64,000 nucleotides of DNA. Source: Armatimonadota bacterium (GTDB lineage: Bacteria > Armatimonadota > UBA5829 > JAUSEB01). This document shows positions 9,157 through 19,140 of this stretch, piece after piece. The DNA is taken from the NCBI GenBank assembly GCA_030649165.1, contig JAUSGG010000024.1, positions 7,005 through 71,004 of the forward strand. Reading direction: 5' to 3'. Made by a program: the position numbers and the translations under genes. Under the pieces are notes generated by a model that ran no database searches, was not told the origin of the DNA, and saw only the letters and a program-made list of their open reading frames with translations. Numbering within the stretch: the stretch's first letter is position 1; each line of letters starts with the position of its first letter.

Positions 9157-10165
9157 GCTGTCTGCCATAGGCGACGTGGTTATGGCGACACCCGTCGCGG
9201 AGAGCCTCCGACGCGCCTTTCCGAGCGCCCGAATCGCCTGGTTGGTGGAAAGACGCTGCGCCGACGCCGTGATCGGCAATCCGCATCTGGACGAGGTACT
9301 GGTGTCCGAAAGGCTCCGCGGCCTTTCGTTTATTCCCACGCTCAAGACCGCGCTCGGCCTGAGAGCGCGGCGCTTCGACCTTGCAATCGACTTGCAGGGA
9401 CTGGCGCGAAGCGCCCTCATGGTTCTTGCCTCAGGCGCTAAAAGCCGGATCGGGTTCGACAACGGACGGGAGTTCAGCCACCTCTGCTATAACGTTCGAG
9501 TCGGATGCGACGTCAAGCCTCACGGGATGGCCTGCCACCGCAAACTGTTGGAGCCACTCGGAATTGCGCCGGACGCGGCTTCTCGCCAAATGCTGTTTCC
9601 GCTGTCCGAGGACGACATCTCGGCCGCTCGCGAGCTTCTGTCCGCCCGCGGCCTGTCTGAGGATTCGCGTCTGGCCGCCCTCGCGCCGGCAACGACCAGG
9701 GCTTACAAGCATTGGGTCGAAGACCGCTGGGCGGAGCTCGCCGACAGGCTTTCCGCGCAAATGGGAATGACTCCGGTCTTTCTCGGCGGTCCTTCCGACC
9801 GCGCTCTGATCGCGCGCATACAAGCGGCGATGAGCCGCCCGTCCGTGTCCCTGGCCGGCGAGACCTCCATCAAATCGGCCGCGGCCGTGGTGAAGCGGTC
9901 TCAGCTATCGGTCACTGTGGACAACGGACTTATGCACGTAAGCGTGGCCCTGGGAGCGCCGACTGTAGGGATTTGCGGTCCGACGACGGCGTGGATGAAC
10001 CACGTGGACCGGCCCAATTACCGCGTCGTGATGAAGGAGTTCGCCTGCGCGCCCTGCCGCAAACGAGTCACTTGCGAGCAGTTCGACTGCATGCGCGCCA
10101 TCTCCGTCGACGATGTCGCGCGACTTGTGAATCACACATGGCGGCAGCTTGCGAATCCCCCGTAA
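9125..10165 (+). CDS. GT9 LPS heptosyltransferase (WaaC/WaaF-like)
   Basis: Motifs ILLVKLSAIGDVV, FDLAIDLQGL, KHW, VDNGLMH and C-terminal Cys cluster. TTG start inferred. Confidence 0.88.
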   Translation: MILPKSILLVKLSAIGDVVMATPVAESLRRAFPSARIAWLVERRCADAVIGNPHLDEVLVSERLRGLSFIPTLKTALGLRARRFDLAIDLQGLARSALMVLASGAKSRIGFDNGREFSHLCYNVRVGCDVKPHGMACHRKLLEPLGIAPDAASRQMLFPLSEDDISAARELLSARGLSEDSRLAALAPATTRAYKHWVEDRWAELADRLSAQMGMTPVFLGGPSDRALIARIQAAMSRPSVSLAGETSIKSAAAVVKRSQLSVTVDNGLMHVSVALGAPTVGICGPTTAWMNHVDRPNYRVVMKEFACAPCRKRVTCEQFDCMRAISVDDVARLVNHTWRQLANPP

Positions 10166-10292
10166 TCCCCTCTCCCTACGAGGGAGAGGGTTAGGGTGAG
10201 GGTGGAAGTCTTGGCTGAAGACCCACTATAGCCCGAAGAGAAAAAGAACCATTCCTATGCTTCGGGACATGTTTTGGGAGTGTTCAAGAACC

Positions 10293-10504
10293 GTCATTCC
10301 GAGGAGGAACGACGAGGAATCTGCTTTTTCGGAATGCAAGATCGTGCTCAAAAGCAGATTTCTCGCTCCGCTCCTAAGGAACTGGGCGCCGGAAACGTCG
10401 TACTTGTGCGTCCTTCGGCAGCGTCGCTACCGCTCTGCTACCGAAGGATCGGTTGGTTCCCTTCCGAAATAACCCCGCCTGCGGGGTCGGATGCTCGAAA
10501 TGAC
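10293..10504. repeat. GTCATTCCGAG..GAATCT/AGATT..GAAATGAC palindromic element interrupted by a nested 119-bp insert
   Basis: Inverted termini; insert 10374-10492 is flanked by GCTC duplications; partial copy at ~51921-51955. Confidence 0.65.
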
Positions 10505-10607
10505 GTGAGCGGACGCTTCTATCATGCGGGAACGGCCTAATGAGGCTAACTGCCGGACCTCGCAAGAGTCAGTTCCCGCGGGCAACACTGATCGACAAGG
10601 AAACCGA

Positions 10608-11732
10608 TTGACTCTTAACACATTGCACATCGAGACAGGCCGCCACCTCTACGGCGGCGCGTTCCAGGCGGCTCATCTGGTGAGGGGTCTAATAGCCCGT
10701 GGACACCGCGCGGCATTGCTCTGCCCGGAAGGCAGCGGCATTCAGCGCGAGCTCGACGGGCAGGCCCCTGTGTACGCCGTGCCTTTCCGAAGCGCCGGCG
10801 AGCTCGGTTTCATCTTCCGCGCCGCCCGCGTAATACGCAGGGTGAAACCGGATATCGTCCACCTGCACAGCAGGCGCGGAGCCGACGTCCTCGGCGCGAT
10901 GGCCGCCAGGTTGTGCCGCGCCCCGGCGGTGATCACTTCCCGCCGTGTCGACGATCCGATCCGCCGCAATCTCTGGAACCGCGTCCGCTTCGGCCCGTTG
11001 TGCGACCGCGTAGTCGCCATTTCCGAGGGAATCAGAAACGTCGTCATCGCCGGCGGCGTTCCTGAGAGCAAGGTCAGCCTCGTGCACAGCGCGGTTGACG
11101 TGGCGCAGTATCGGAAGCCGCGCGACCGCCGGTGGTTCGAAACGGAGTTTGGGCTGCAAGGCGACGAGCTGGCCGTCGGGGTAATCGCTCAGTTGATTCG
11201 GAGGAAAGGCCACGCTTTTCTGCTGCGGGCCATGCCCGACATATTGCGCACGGTCCCCAAATGCAGACTCTTGTTTTTCGGTCAGGGCGGAGACGAATCC
11301 GAGCTGCGCGATCTGGTTGACAGTTTAGGGTTGAGCGACAAGATCATCTTCGCCGGCTTCCGTACGGATATGGAGCGAATACTGCCGAACCTGGACCTGG
11401 TTGCGCATCCCGCGCTTACCGAGGGGCTGGGAGTATCGCTGCTTCAGGCCGCGGCCGCCGGCGCTCCCATCGTGGCGGCCGCAGCCGGCGGTATTCCGGA
11501 AATCGTACTGCATCTCAAGACGGGATGGCTGATTCCGCCGTCCGATTCAGCGGCCATATCCGAAGCGGTCTGCTCGGCCCTGACGGACCGCGATCTCGCC
11601 CAGCGGTTGGCGCGAAACGCTCGAGAACACGTGGAGGCCAATTTCGGCCTCGATCAGATGATCGAGGGGAATCTGAAAGTGTACCGAGAGGCCCTGGCTG
11701 CACGAGGCCATAATAACATGGCGGGACTATAA
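10608..11732 (+). CDS. GT4 glycosyltransferase
   Basis: Motifs LHIETGRHLYGG, KGH, GFRTD and EGLGVSLLQAAAAG. TTG start inferred. Confidence 0.88.
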   Translation: MTLNTLHIETGRHLYGGAFQAAHLVRGLIARGHRAALLCPEGSGIQRELDGQAPVYAVPFRSAGELGFIFRAARVIRRVKPDIVHLHSRRGADVLGAMAARLCRAPAVITSRRVDDPIRRNLWNRVRFGPLCDRVVAISEGIRNVVIAGGVPESKVSLVHSAVDVAQYRKPRDRRWFETEFGLQGDELAVGVIAQLIRRKGHAFLLRAMPDILRTVPKCRLLFFGQGGDESELRDLVDSLGLSDKIIFAGFRTDMERILPNLDLVAHPALTEGLGVSLLQAAAAGAPIVAAAAGGIPEIVLHLKTGWLIPPSDSAAISEAVCSALTDRDLAQRLARNAREHVEANFGLDQMIEGNLKVYREALAARGHNNMAGL

Positions 11733-11738
11733 GAAGGC

Positions 11739-12881
11739 TCAGGCTTGACCGAAGCGTCGATTGATGAGCTCTTGGAACCGCCTGGCCTGTGTTTGGACGC
11801 TGAACTCCGCCTCAGCTCGCCGCCGTCCGGCCTCTCCCATGCGTTGTGCAAGGGCCGAGTCAGTGAGTACTCGTATTATTGCATGCGCGGCGTCTTCCGG
11901 GCTTAAGGGATCTACCAAGCTGCCAGTTACTCCGTCCACCAGGGCTTCGGGTACTCCCCCGGCCAATCCTCCTATCACAGGCCGTCCACAAGCTTGCGCC
12001 TCAAGGAGAACAATACCGAATCCTTCACAGTCGCCGTTCGGAAGGGTCCGGTTGATCAACGCGAAGACGTCGCAAAGGCGGTACAAGTCCGGCAGATTCA
12101 CATCCTCGACATCTCCGAGAAACAGCACGTGGTTCCGCATTCCCAGGCCCTCCGCAAGATCTTGAAGTTCGCGCAGGTAAGCGCCGGAACCTACAATCGC
12201 ATAGCAGGCTTCAGGCACGGCTCGTACAACGGTGGGGAGCGCCCTGATCATTGTGTCAAAGCCTTTGCGCTCGATTAACCTGCCAACGCTGAGAATGATC
12301 TTCCTGCCCTCAAATCCGAGGCTGTTCGCAATCTTCGAATCCTTCAGGCCGGGAGTGAAGAAATCCACATCCACGGGGGGAGGGATAATCTCAATACGGT
12401 CATCAGCAATTCCGAGGCGGAGCAGCAGTTCCTTCGTGTGCCTGCTAATCGTGACAACAACTTCAGCGTTGAGGAGGACTTTCCGCTTTAAGGCTAATCG
12501 TTGGGGCTTCTGCTCAGGAGAGATGTCTTTACCGTAGCTGAAAACCAGGTATGGTCTCCCGGTCAGATGTTTCAAAGTGTAGCCAACTCGTCCATCCGGC
12601 GTCACGACGCCACAATGAACATAGCGAATGTTGTGTCGAGCGACGAGGCCGGCGGCTGTAACTACCATTATCAGGTGGCGAAGTTTTCGGGCGAATCCCG
12701 GGCAGGTAGCCGTTGTTACAGCCAGATTCTGAGCAGCGTCGAACTCCTTGCCTCCGGGACGAGGAAGCGTAAGAACGTGAAACAGCCCAGTTGGCAAGCT
12801 GCTGTAAAGATCGTATATATAGTTTTGTATACCACCTCTGGCCGGTGGATAGTTTGCGGACACAAGCAAGCCTTGAGGCAT
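11739..12881 (-). CDS. GT4 glycosyltransferase (PimB-like)
   Basis: Motifs YPPxxGGI, VGRLIERKGFD and EGFGIVLLEAQACGRPVI. Confidence 0.9.
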   Translation of the reverse strand: MPQGLLVSANYPPARGGIQNYIYDLYSSLPTGLFHVLTLPRPGGKEFDAAQNLAVTTATCPGFARKLRHLIMVVTAAGLVARHNIRYVHCGVVTPDGRVGYTLKHLTGRPYLVFSYGKDISPEQKPQRLALKRKVLLNAEVVVTISRHTKELLLRLGIADDRIEIIPPPVDVDFFTPGLKDSKIANSLGFEGRKIILSVGRLIERKGFDTMIRALPTVVRAVPEACYAIVGSGAYLRELQDLAEGLGMRNHVLFLGDVEDVNLPDLYRLCDVFALINRTLPNGDCEGFGIVLLEAQACGRPVIGGLAGGVPEALVDGVTGSLVDPLSPEDAAHAIIRVLTDSALAQRMGEAGRRRAEAEFSVQTQARRFQELINRRFGQA

Positions 12882-12907
12882 CTCGGATTCTCCAGACTAA
12901 ACCCCGA

Positions 12908-13612
12908 TCAGATCTTCCTCGCGACTATTAAGAACTGATCCCCGGTTCTCCCACCGAAGGTGAGATTCTGAGCGATGGTGTTCAATAGGCGCAATTTCAG
13001 GCCGTACAACCTGGTGAATGATGCGGCATACGTGCATTTTACGGTACGGCAACCTGCCGACTCCAGAAAGGTCCGCACCTCGTTACTGGAAAAAGCCTGG
13101 ATGTGGGTAGGGTCCTGCTTTTGGGCTTGGGAGAGTTTGGAAACCCCTGTGATCGCGCGCTGCGCCCGGCCGACTATGGACTCATACACCGGAGTTACCA
13201 CGAGTATTTTCCCGCCGGGCCTCACCTTTTGCAGGATATTGTCTAGCGCGGCCCGCGGATCGTCGAGGTGTTCTAAGACGTCAATCAAATACACCCAATC
13301 GTATAGGACGCTTGGCGTATAGTCGGCGAAAGAGCAACATTCGACATCATGCCCCTTGGCCTGACAAATCTTGACGTAATGAAGGCTAACGTCGATTCCC
13401 TTTATGCGCTGGACACCCAGGTTCCTCAGGAGGTCGAGCCAGAAACCGTCTCCGCATCCTATTTCAAGAAAGGATTGGCTTGTATCCTCCGCGGCGAACC
13501 AGTCGACCAAAACACGTGTTACCGCTCTGTGATGGGCCTTGACTAGCCGATTTCGAGTCAGAATTCGTTCTGTTGCGTAATCTTCCCAATCGACTGACGA
13601 ATTTGAAACCAA
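12908..13612 (-). CDS. Class I SAM-dependent methyltransferase
   Basis: Motifs LEIGCGDG, GIDVS, DVLEHLDDP and RPGG. Confidence 0.88.
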   Translation of the reverse strand: MVSNSSVDWEDYATERILTRNRLVKAHHRAVTRVLVDWFAAEDTSQSFLEIGCGDGFWLDLLRNLGVQRIKGIDVSLHYVKICQAKGHDVECCSFADYTPSVLYDWVYLIDVLEHLDDPRAALDNILQKVRPGGKILVVTPVYESIVGRAQRAITGVSKLSQAQKQDPTHIQAFSSNEVRTFLESAGCRTVKCTYAASFTRLYGLKLRLLNTIAQNLTFGGRTGDQFLIVARKI

Positions 13613-14003
13613 CGTTTGCCCCCATCTGCATTCATCGCATCTTAGCTTTTGTGGCGCGGATTGTCAATCGACTTCAGGCGTCGGGGCGCTTCCCATATTC
13701 AAGGTGGCTAAGACACTCCGGATTTAACCACGAAAGCACGAAACGGATGTGGAAGGCGGAGCTAACCGTCGCTCAATAGGCGACCGTGAGACGGCCCTCC
13801 GAGACGCGACTGCCACCGGGCTGTAAAGCTAAGCGGTTCCAATCGCGCCCGAAACAGAAGACCAGGATTCCCAATCCGAACTGACCCGCCCCTTAACCTT
13901 TTTCCCTGTACGCGAACGGGGCCGGGACATCCATCCCGACCCGTCCATCCACGAAGGAGTTCACTACGCTCTACTCCTCCGACTCCTTCGACTCTTCCGA
14001 CTC

Positions 14004-16274
14004 CTAATCCACCGTCACCTTAAACTGCACCGTCCCGCTCCCACCGGCGGCAACGGTGGAAATCGTCCACCGCACCTTGTTCGCCGCGCTGTCGTACGTC
14101 CCCGCGGACGTAGCTGAGCCGCTCACGTACGTGCAGTTTGCCGGTATCGCGTTCTCGATCGACACTGCTGTTGCGGCAGCATTCCCCGTGTTCCGAAAGG
14201 TGATTGTGTAAGTCACGGTGTCGCCCGGCTTGGGGCTCGCGTTATCGGCCGCGAGCGTAAGCGTGATATTCGGCGTTCCAGTGACCGGAGGAGGCGGACT
14301 GCTTCCCTGCTTTTTCAGCTTGTAGGCAAAACCCACGTCCGAAGCGCCGATGCTCACCGGTATCACGGCTGTTCCGTCGGAGTTCACGGTGATCGTCACG
14401 GCCTCTTTGATTTGCGTTGAAGCGTTGGTGTCCACCGTGCTGTAACGCTGGAGCGTATAGGTCCCAGTCTCCAGACCGGCAATCCTCACCGTTCCGCTCT
14501 GCGCGATTGGGTTTGGCGGCGCCGGAAGCGTGCTGCCGGGATAGCCCCAATCGCTGATCAGTCTGGCCCACACGTCCGTAAGGTTCTTCGCGAAAAAGTA
14601 AGCGCGGTCCCGGTTGTGCATCGACACGACCATAATCTGGCCGTTTGAGCAAGTCACCTTCGGGCTGGGGTTCGTGTCGTCGCTAACGGAATACGTGGTC
14701 TCCTGCGTCAGTCCCACAAACTCCTCACCCGCCATATAGTTCGCCAGCGGCTTGAATATCCACATCTTCTCCCCGCCGTTCTCATAGCCAGGCCCGCCAA
14801 GCATATAGCTCATCTTCCAGTGCGCGACCGACAGTCCGGCGAACATGCCCGCCCACATGGCGTCGCGGAAATGCCTCGCGCCCGGATCGTCCGCGTAGGC
14901 GGTGTTCCAATCGGGGAAACCGGACGATCCCGGGTATCGATAGATCAACCCAAACTCGTTCCACGAAAGCGGCTTCATCCACTTGTACCGCTTATACTGC
15001 AGACGCGCCAGCCGGTCGGCGTAGACCGCCATGTCCATCCAGGGATAGGAAAGATTGGATCCCATCTTTTCCAGATTGGGACTGCTCGCTTTGATACCCC
15101 AGCCCTGCGTGTATTTCGCGTAATCGTGATACTGCGAGAAATCCATCGCCGCGTTGTTGAATGGAACGCTCGTCGCCTGAAGCTCGCCCGATCCGTTGTC
15201 GCCTGAAGCGAGGTGGGGCTGCTCGGCGTAACCGTGAACGTAATTCGCCATCTCGATGTGCCAGTCATAGCTCGCGGAGCTTCCGCCGGTCTCATTGATG
15301 AAATCGAAGCTGAGGAAGTTCGTGGAGTATCCCCATCGCGCCAGCCAATACCGCAGCTTGCGCTTATATATCTCCTTGGCGGCGGACAATGTGAAGAACT
15401 CGGTCACGTTGGCGCACGGCGCTTCTCTTACGGTCAGCCGGACATACTGGCTGCTCATGTCTTTGATATAAGTCCAGTCGTCGAGGCACCAGACGACGCG
15501 TATGTCGTTCGTCAGCGCTACGTTGAAGAAATTGTCGATGCTCAGCGCGCGGGTCATATTGTAGTTGTTAAGGCTCTTCACGCCGCCGTTCTTGTTGACG
15601 TCGTACGGCTCGATGTTCATACTGGTGAAGAACGCTCTCGTGTAGGTGGCGCCATTTGCCTTCATCTTCGGGAAGGCCAACTCCGGGCCGCCCCCCATAC
15701 TGTAGCCGGAATAGTCGGTCCCGATCGGGTAGAAGCCGGAACCGTCCGTAAATCGGAAGAACCGTCTGTCGTTCGGGTTGACCTCGATAAACCCGTGCCG
15801 CGAGCTTGACGCGCAGTTGAACGTTCGAGCAGTTGTACTGACCGTGTCGGCGCCGTACTTGACTCTGATGTAATAGCGCCACTGCCCCACGGTTGTGGGA
15901 GCAAAACGCAGTCTCCACGAAGTCGAACCGCTGGAAGACTGATACCAGAAGCACGGCCACTCCTGCGTCGCGCCGTCGGGAGCTGTAATGACCGCGTCTA
16001 CCAGGATTCCCTTTTTATTGTAGTACTGACTTCCGAGGGCCGTGAGGTTTGGGTTGAAGGGATTGTAGTCCGTAAATGCAGTCCCCACGTTCGTGATCTG
16101 AATGGTCGCTTCATATTTGTCGAATCTGGGAACGCCGGAACTCGAGTAACCGGACAGGTTGTCCGATACAATCGTCACCACCGGCTGGGCTGCAACCGGA
16201 TGCGGCGCGATTCCCCCGAGAATCAGGGCCGAGACGGCCACAGCCGCCATCAACAAGCTGGTTCCTTTGCGCAT
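14004..16274 (-). CDS. Secreted clan GH-A (GH5-like) glycoside hydrolase with DUF5060-like N-terminus and DUF11-like C-terminal domain
   Basis: Signal peptide; WRLRFAPTTVGQWRY; FxFTDGSGFYPIG; acid/base INE; nucleophile NEFG; C-terminal PGDTVTYTITFRNTG. Confidence 0.75.
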   Translation of the reverse strand: MRKGTSLLMAAVAVSALILGGIAPHPVAAQPVVTIVSDNLSGYSSSGVPRFDKYEATIQITNVGTAFTDYNPFNPNLTALGSQYYNKKGILVDAVITAPDGATQEWPCFWYQSSSGSTSWRLRFAPTTVGQWRYYIRVKYGADTVSTTARTFNCASSSRHGFIEVNPNDRRFFRFTDGSGFYPIGTDYSGYSMGGGPELAFPKMKANGATYTRAFFTSMNIEPYDVNKNGGVKSLNNYNMTRALSIDNFFNVALTNDIRVVWCLDDWTYIKDMSSQYVRLTVREAPCANVTEFFTLSAAKEIYKRKLRYWLARWGYSTNFLSFDFINETGGSSASYDWHIEMANYVHGYAEQPHLASGDNGSGELQATSVPFNNAAMDFSQYHDYAKYTQGWGIKASSPNLEKMGSNLSYPWMDMAVYADRLARLQYKRYKWMKPLSWNEFGLIYRYPGSSGFPDWNTAYADDPGARHFRDAMWAGMFAGLSVAHWKMSYMLGGPGYENGGEKMWIFKPLANYMAGEEFVGLTQETTYSVSDDTNPSPKVTCSNGQIMVVSMHNRDRAYFFAKNLTDVWARLISDWGYPGSTLPAPPNPIAQSGTVRIAGLETGTYTLQRYSTVDTNASTQIKEAVTITVNSDGTAVIPVSIGASDVGFAYKLKKQGSSPPPPVTGTPNITLTLAADNASPKPGDTVTYTITFRNTGNAAATAVSIENAIPANCTYVSGSATSAGTYDSAANKVRWTISTVAAGGSGTVQFKVTVD

Positions 16275-16354
16275 GCTTTCACTCCTTACAATGCGATTGG
16301 CCTGGCTGCCGTCGAATCAAGGTCAACCACCTGAAATATTTATTCCATAATTCA

Positions 16355-16368
16355 AGTGTTATAACACT
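16355..16368. promoter_or_regulatory. Perfect 14-bp palindrome AGTGTTATAACACT, candidate operator
   Basis: Lies in an AT-rich stretch ~80 bp upstream of the 16274 start. Confidence 0.35.
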
Positions 16369-17065
16369 GCCGGAATATGGCACAACATAAAGATTTGAAG
16401 CAGTCAGGCATAGGGCTGCGTCGCGCTTGCGTAAGAGAGGGCGGGCTTTCTCTGCTGTCCGTTCGGATTGGAAGACCTTCCATGGACATCATAGAACAAG
16501 CTACTTCCGTTCAGCTTCGCGCAGATACTTGCGGCAGCCAACTAACGGCTGCCATTCTTTACGTTAGACGCCTGAGCTTGTTACAGAGTTCCCGCCTGCT
16601 CGCCACATTTCTGCCACTTTTGTCCATATAAGCTTCAATTATATGCCTGAATGCTTCGCCCTGAACAACCGGTCAGTTCCTACCAGAACATTTTCCCCCG
16701 CCAAACCGTCAGAACAAAAGGCGAAGCAAGAAAACCGGCGTCAAGCGGCCCAATAACTCCTCTTCCGCCAAGCGATCCGGTAACTCCCTCTCCCTGGAGG
16801 GGAGAGGGCTGGACGTTAGAGTGTAGCAGGCTACCGCGAGGCTGTCCCGGTAACTCCCTCTCCCTGGAAGGGAGAGGGCTGGGGTGAGGGTTGAACGTTG
16901 AATGGCTGACGAGAGTCTACTCGGACGCAGAGGACCTGTTTCTGTGCTTCCGACTCGTCCGACTCCTTCGTTCTCGCCCTCCGGCTTGACTTCGGCTGAG
17001 CTGTGCGTTAGATTAGACTGTGGTTGCTCCCGCCTATGAACAACTGCGCGTGCAGGAGAATATCG

Positions 17066-19111
17066 TTGCTTAAGCTCCCACGGGTCATCATAGCTGTGCA
17101 AGCCCTCACGGCGCTTACCGTGTTGGTCTGTTATCTTCCGGCCTCGGCGCTCGAGGCCACGCTTCTTGCGCCGCCGTCGGGCGCCAAAGTCCGCGGGGCC
17201 AAGACAGAGGTTGCCATCGGCTACAACGCCGGCTCCACCGAATCCGTCACCCGCATCGAACTGCTGATCGACGACGTCAGCTATGCTTCGAAAGTCTTCG
17301 ACGCGCCGCGCACTCGCGGTGTCGCTTCATTCATGTGGGACTCTCGCCAGGCTCCTAACGGAAAGCACAAGCTCCAGGCCAAGATATACAGCCAGGAGAA
17401 ACTGCTGACCACTGTTGCCGGCTCGGTCGTATCCGCCAACGAGCCGGGCGCTGTTCGCGTCGCCGTGGCGAAATTCGAGAACGTCACGAGCGGCGCCGTC
17501 CTGTCCGGCGATAAGGAAGTGAGACTCAGCGTGACCGGCGTGGGGAGCAGTCCGATGGTCGCTGTCTTGGTCGACAAGAGCGTTAAGGCGATAAAGAACC
17601 AGCCGCCTTACAACTTCGTTCTGGACACCAAGAGCTTGCCTGAGGGCAGGCACATCCTTGAGGCTTACGCGCTCGATGACGCCGGCAACCGCATAGACGC
17701 CCAGCCTCTGGAAATCTCGGTCAGGAATCTCGAGGCCGAACCCGCGGCTGCCGTCACCGCAAAGACTGCCCCAAAGTCGGAGGTCAAGGCAGCCGAGAAA
17801 CCGCCGGCTCCTAAGAACTCCCTCTCCTCGCAGGAGAGGGGTGGGGTGAAGACTTCCGCGTCTGCCAGGACTGCCCAGACGCCGAAGCCCGCGGCGGCTC
17901 AGGCTCAGACGAAACCGCCTGCCCCGCTGCCGAAACCCGCTGTCGCGGCCAAGCCCGTGCCGCCTGTCGCGAAACCGACGTCCGTTCCCGCGGTCAAGAC
18001 CGCCAAACCGCCTCCCGCAAAGTCACCCGCTGCCTTCGCCGCTGAACCTGTCGCGAAATCGGCGGACAAACAGCCGGCACATGTCGCGTCCCTGCCGCCA
18101 AAGAGCGCGCAGCCCAAACCCGTCGCGAGCGCCTCCGCCAAAGGAGCGGCAAAGCCCGCTTCCAAGCCGGCTGCCAAGCCGCCCGCGGTCGCGCCTGCTC
18201 GTATTTCCGCCGCGCCGGTCAAGGCCGCCGCGACGAGCGCGCCGATCGCATCCGCCACGCGTAACATTCAGCCGAAAAACACCCTCAGCCGGCCCGTGGA
18301 GACCGCCGAAGAGCCCAAGCCGGGCCATACCACTTTACCGCCCGTCAAGGTCGCTTGGGCCGCCCCCGCGTCAAAGAAGGCGTCCCCGTTAACCCGCGGA
18401 ACCGCCGTCATCAACATGCCGGAGCCGGAGCCGCGGGACAGCGCGCCCCCGGACAAGGTCAAACCCGCCGCGTCCGCCGTCGCTCCGGCGCATGCAAATC
18501 CGCCGTCCGCTCCGTCTGTCACTAGACCGTCCGCGCCGCCGCCTGCCGCCAAGCCGGTCAAGCCTGTCGTCGCAGAGGCTGCGCCGAAACCCACGCCGAA
18601 CAAACCGGTTGCTGTAGCAGTTTCGCCCAAACCCGCGCTGCCCGGTTCCGCCCCGGCCAAGCCCGCCGTGGCAGCGGTTGCGCCCAAACCCGCGCCGACG
18701 AGTTCCGCTCCAGTCAAGCCGGCTGTCGTAGCGGCCGCGGCCCCCAATCCGACGGTCAAGCCCCAGGCTGAGGCCGGCAGGCCGGAGCCAATTCGCGCCA
18801 GTGAAATGGTGTCGCTCAAAGCGCTTCAGCATGCGCCGAAGAAGATGATAGAGGTTTCGCTCAGGTGGGCGCTGGAGCAGGCGGGGTTGACAGTGAGCTT
18901 CGCCGGCGACGGTCAGATCATAAGAGGCGCCAACGCGAACAAACAGATCGAATTCCAGGTCGGCGCAAAGGAAGTGCTCGTTGACGACCACGTCGTCGTT
19001 CTGCCCTCGCCGATATCAACGGTGCGAGGCCGCGCGATGATCCCGCTCTCCTTCATCGTCGAGCAACTCGGCCTCGCGCTGAAGAATCCCCAGTTACTGA
19101 CCCCGCGATAG
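17066..19111 (+). CDS. Secreted protein: tandem Ig-like domains, Pro/Ala/Lys-rich linker, C-terminal copper-amine-oxidase-N-like (stalk) domain
   Basis: Signal peptide after RBS AGGAG and a TTG; WDSRQAPNGKHKL and LDTKSLPEGRHIL Ig-type motifs; ~350-aa PAK linker; GRAMIPLSFIVEQLG. Confidence 0.75.
   Translation: MLKLPRVIIAVQALTALTVLVCYLPASALEATLLAPPSGAKVRGAKTEVAIGYNAGSTESVTRIELLIDDVSYASKVFDAPRTRGVASFMWDSRQAPNGKHKLQAKIYSQEKLLTTVAGSVVSANEPGAVRVAVAKFENVTSGAVLSGDKEVRLSVTGVGSSPMVAVLVDKSVKAIKNQPPYNFVLDTKSLPEGRHILEAYALDDAGNRIDAQPLEISVRNLEAEPAAAVTAKTAPKSEVKAAEKPPAPKNSLSSQERGGVKTSASARTAQTPKPAAAQAQTKPPAPLPKPAVAAKPVPPVAKPTSVPAVKTAKPPPAKSPAAFAAEPVAKSADKQPAHVASLPPKSAQPKPVASASAKGAAKPASKPAAKPPAVAPARISAAPVKAAATSAPIASATRNIQPKNTLSRPVETAEEPKPGHTTLPPVKVAWAAPASKKASPLTRGTAVINMPEPEPRDSAPPDKVKPAASAVAPAHANPPSAPSVTRPSAPPPAAKPVKPVVAEAAPKPTPNKPVAVAVSPKPALPGSAPAKPAVAAVAPKPAPTSSAPVKPAVVAAAAPNPTVKPQAEAGRPEPIRASEMVSLKALQHAPKKMIEVSLRWALEQAGLTVSFAGDGQIIRGANANKQIEFQVGAKEVLVDDHVVVLPSPISTVRGRAMIPLSFIVEQLGLALKNPQLLTPR
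17816..17851. repeat. REP-like hairpin embedded in frame in a CDS
   Basis: actccctctcctcgcaggagaggggtggggtgaag is nearly identical to the intergenic copy at 6642-6676. Confidence 0.8.
18925..19111 (+). repeat. 187-bp direct repeat, left copy (partner 27868-28054)
   Basis: Gap-free alignment by eye with about 26 mismatches; both copies end ctgaccccgcgatag. Confidence 0.92.
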
Positions 19112-19140
19112 GACAAGGGCGATTAGGCCGGCCATTCTCT

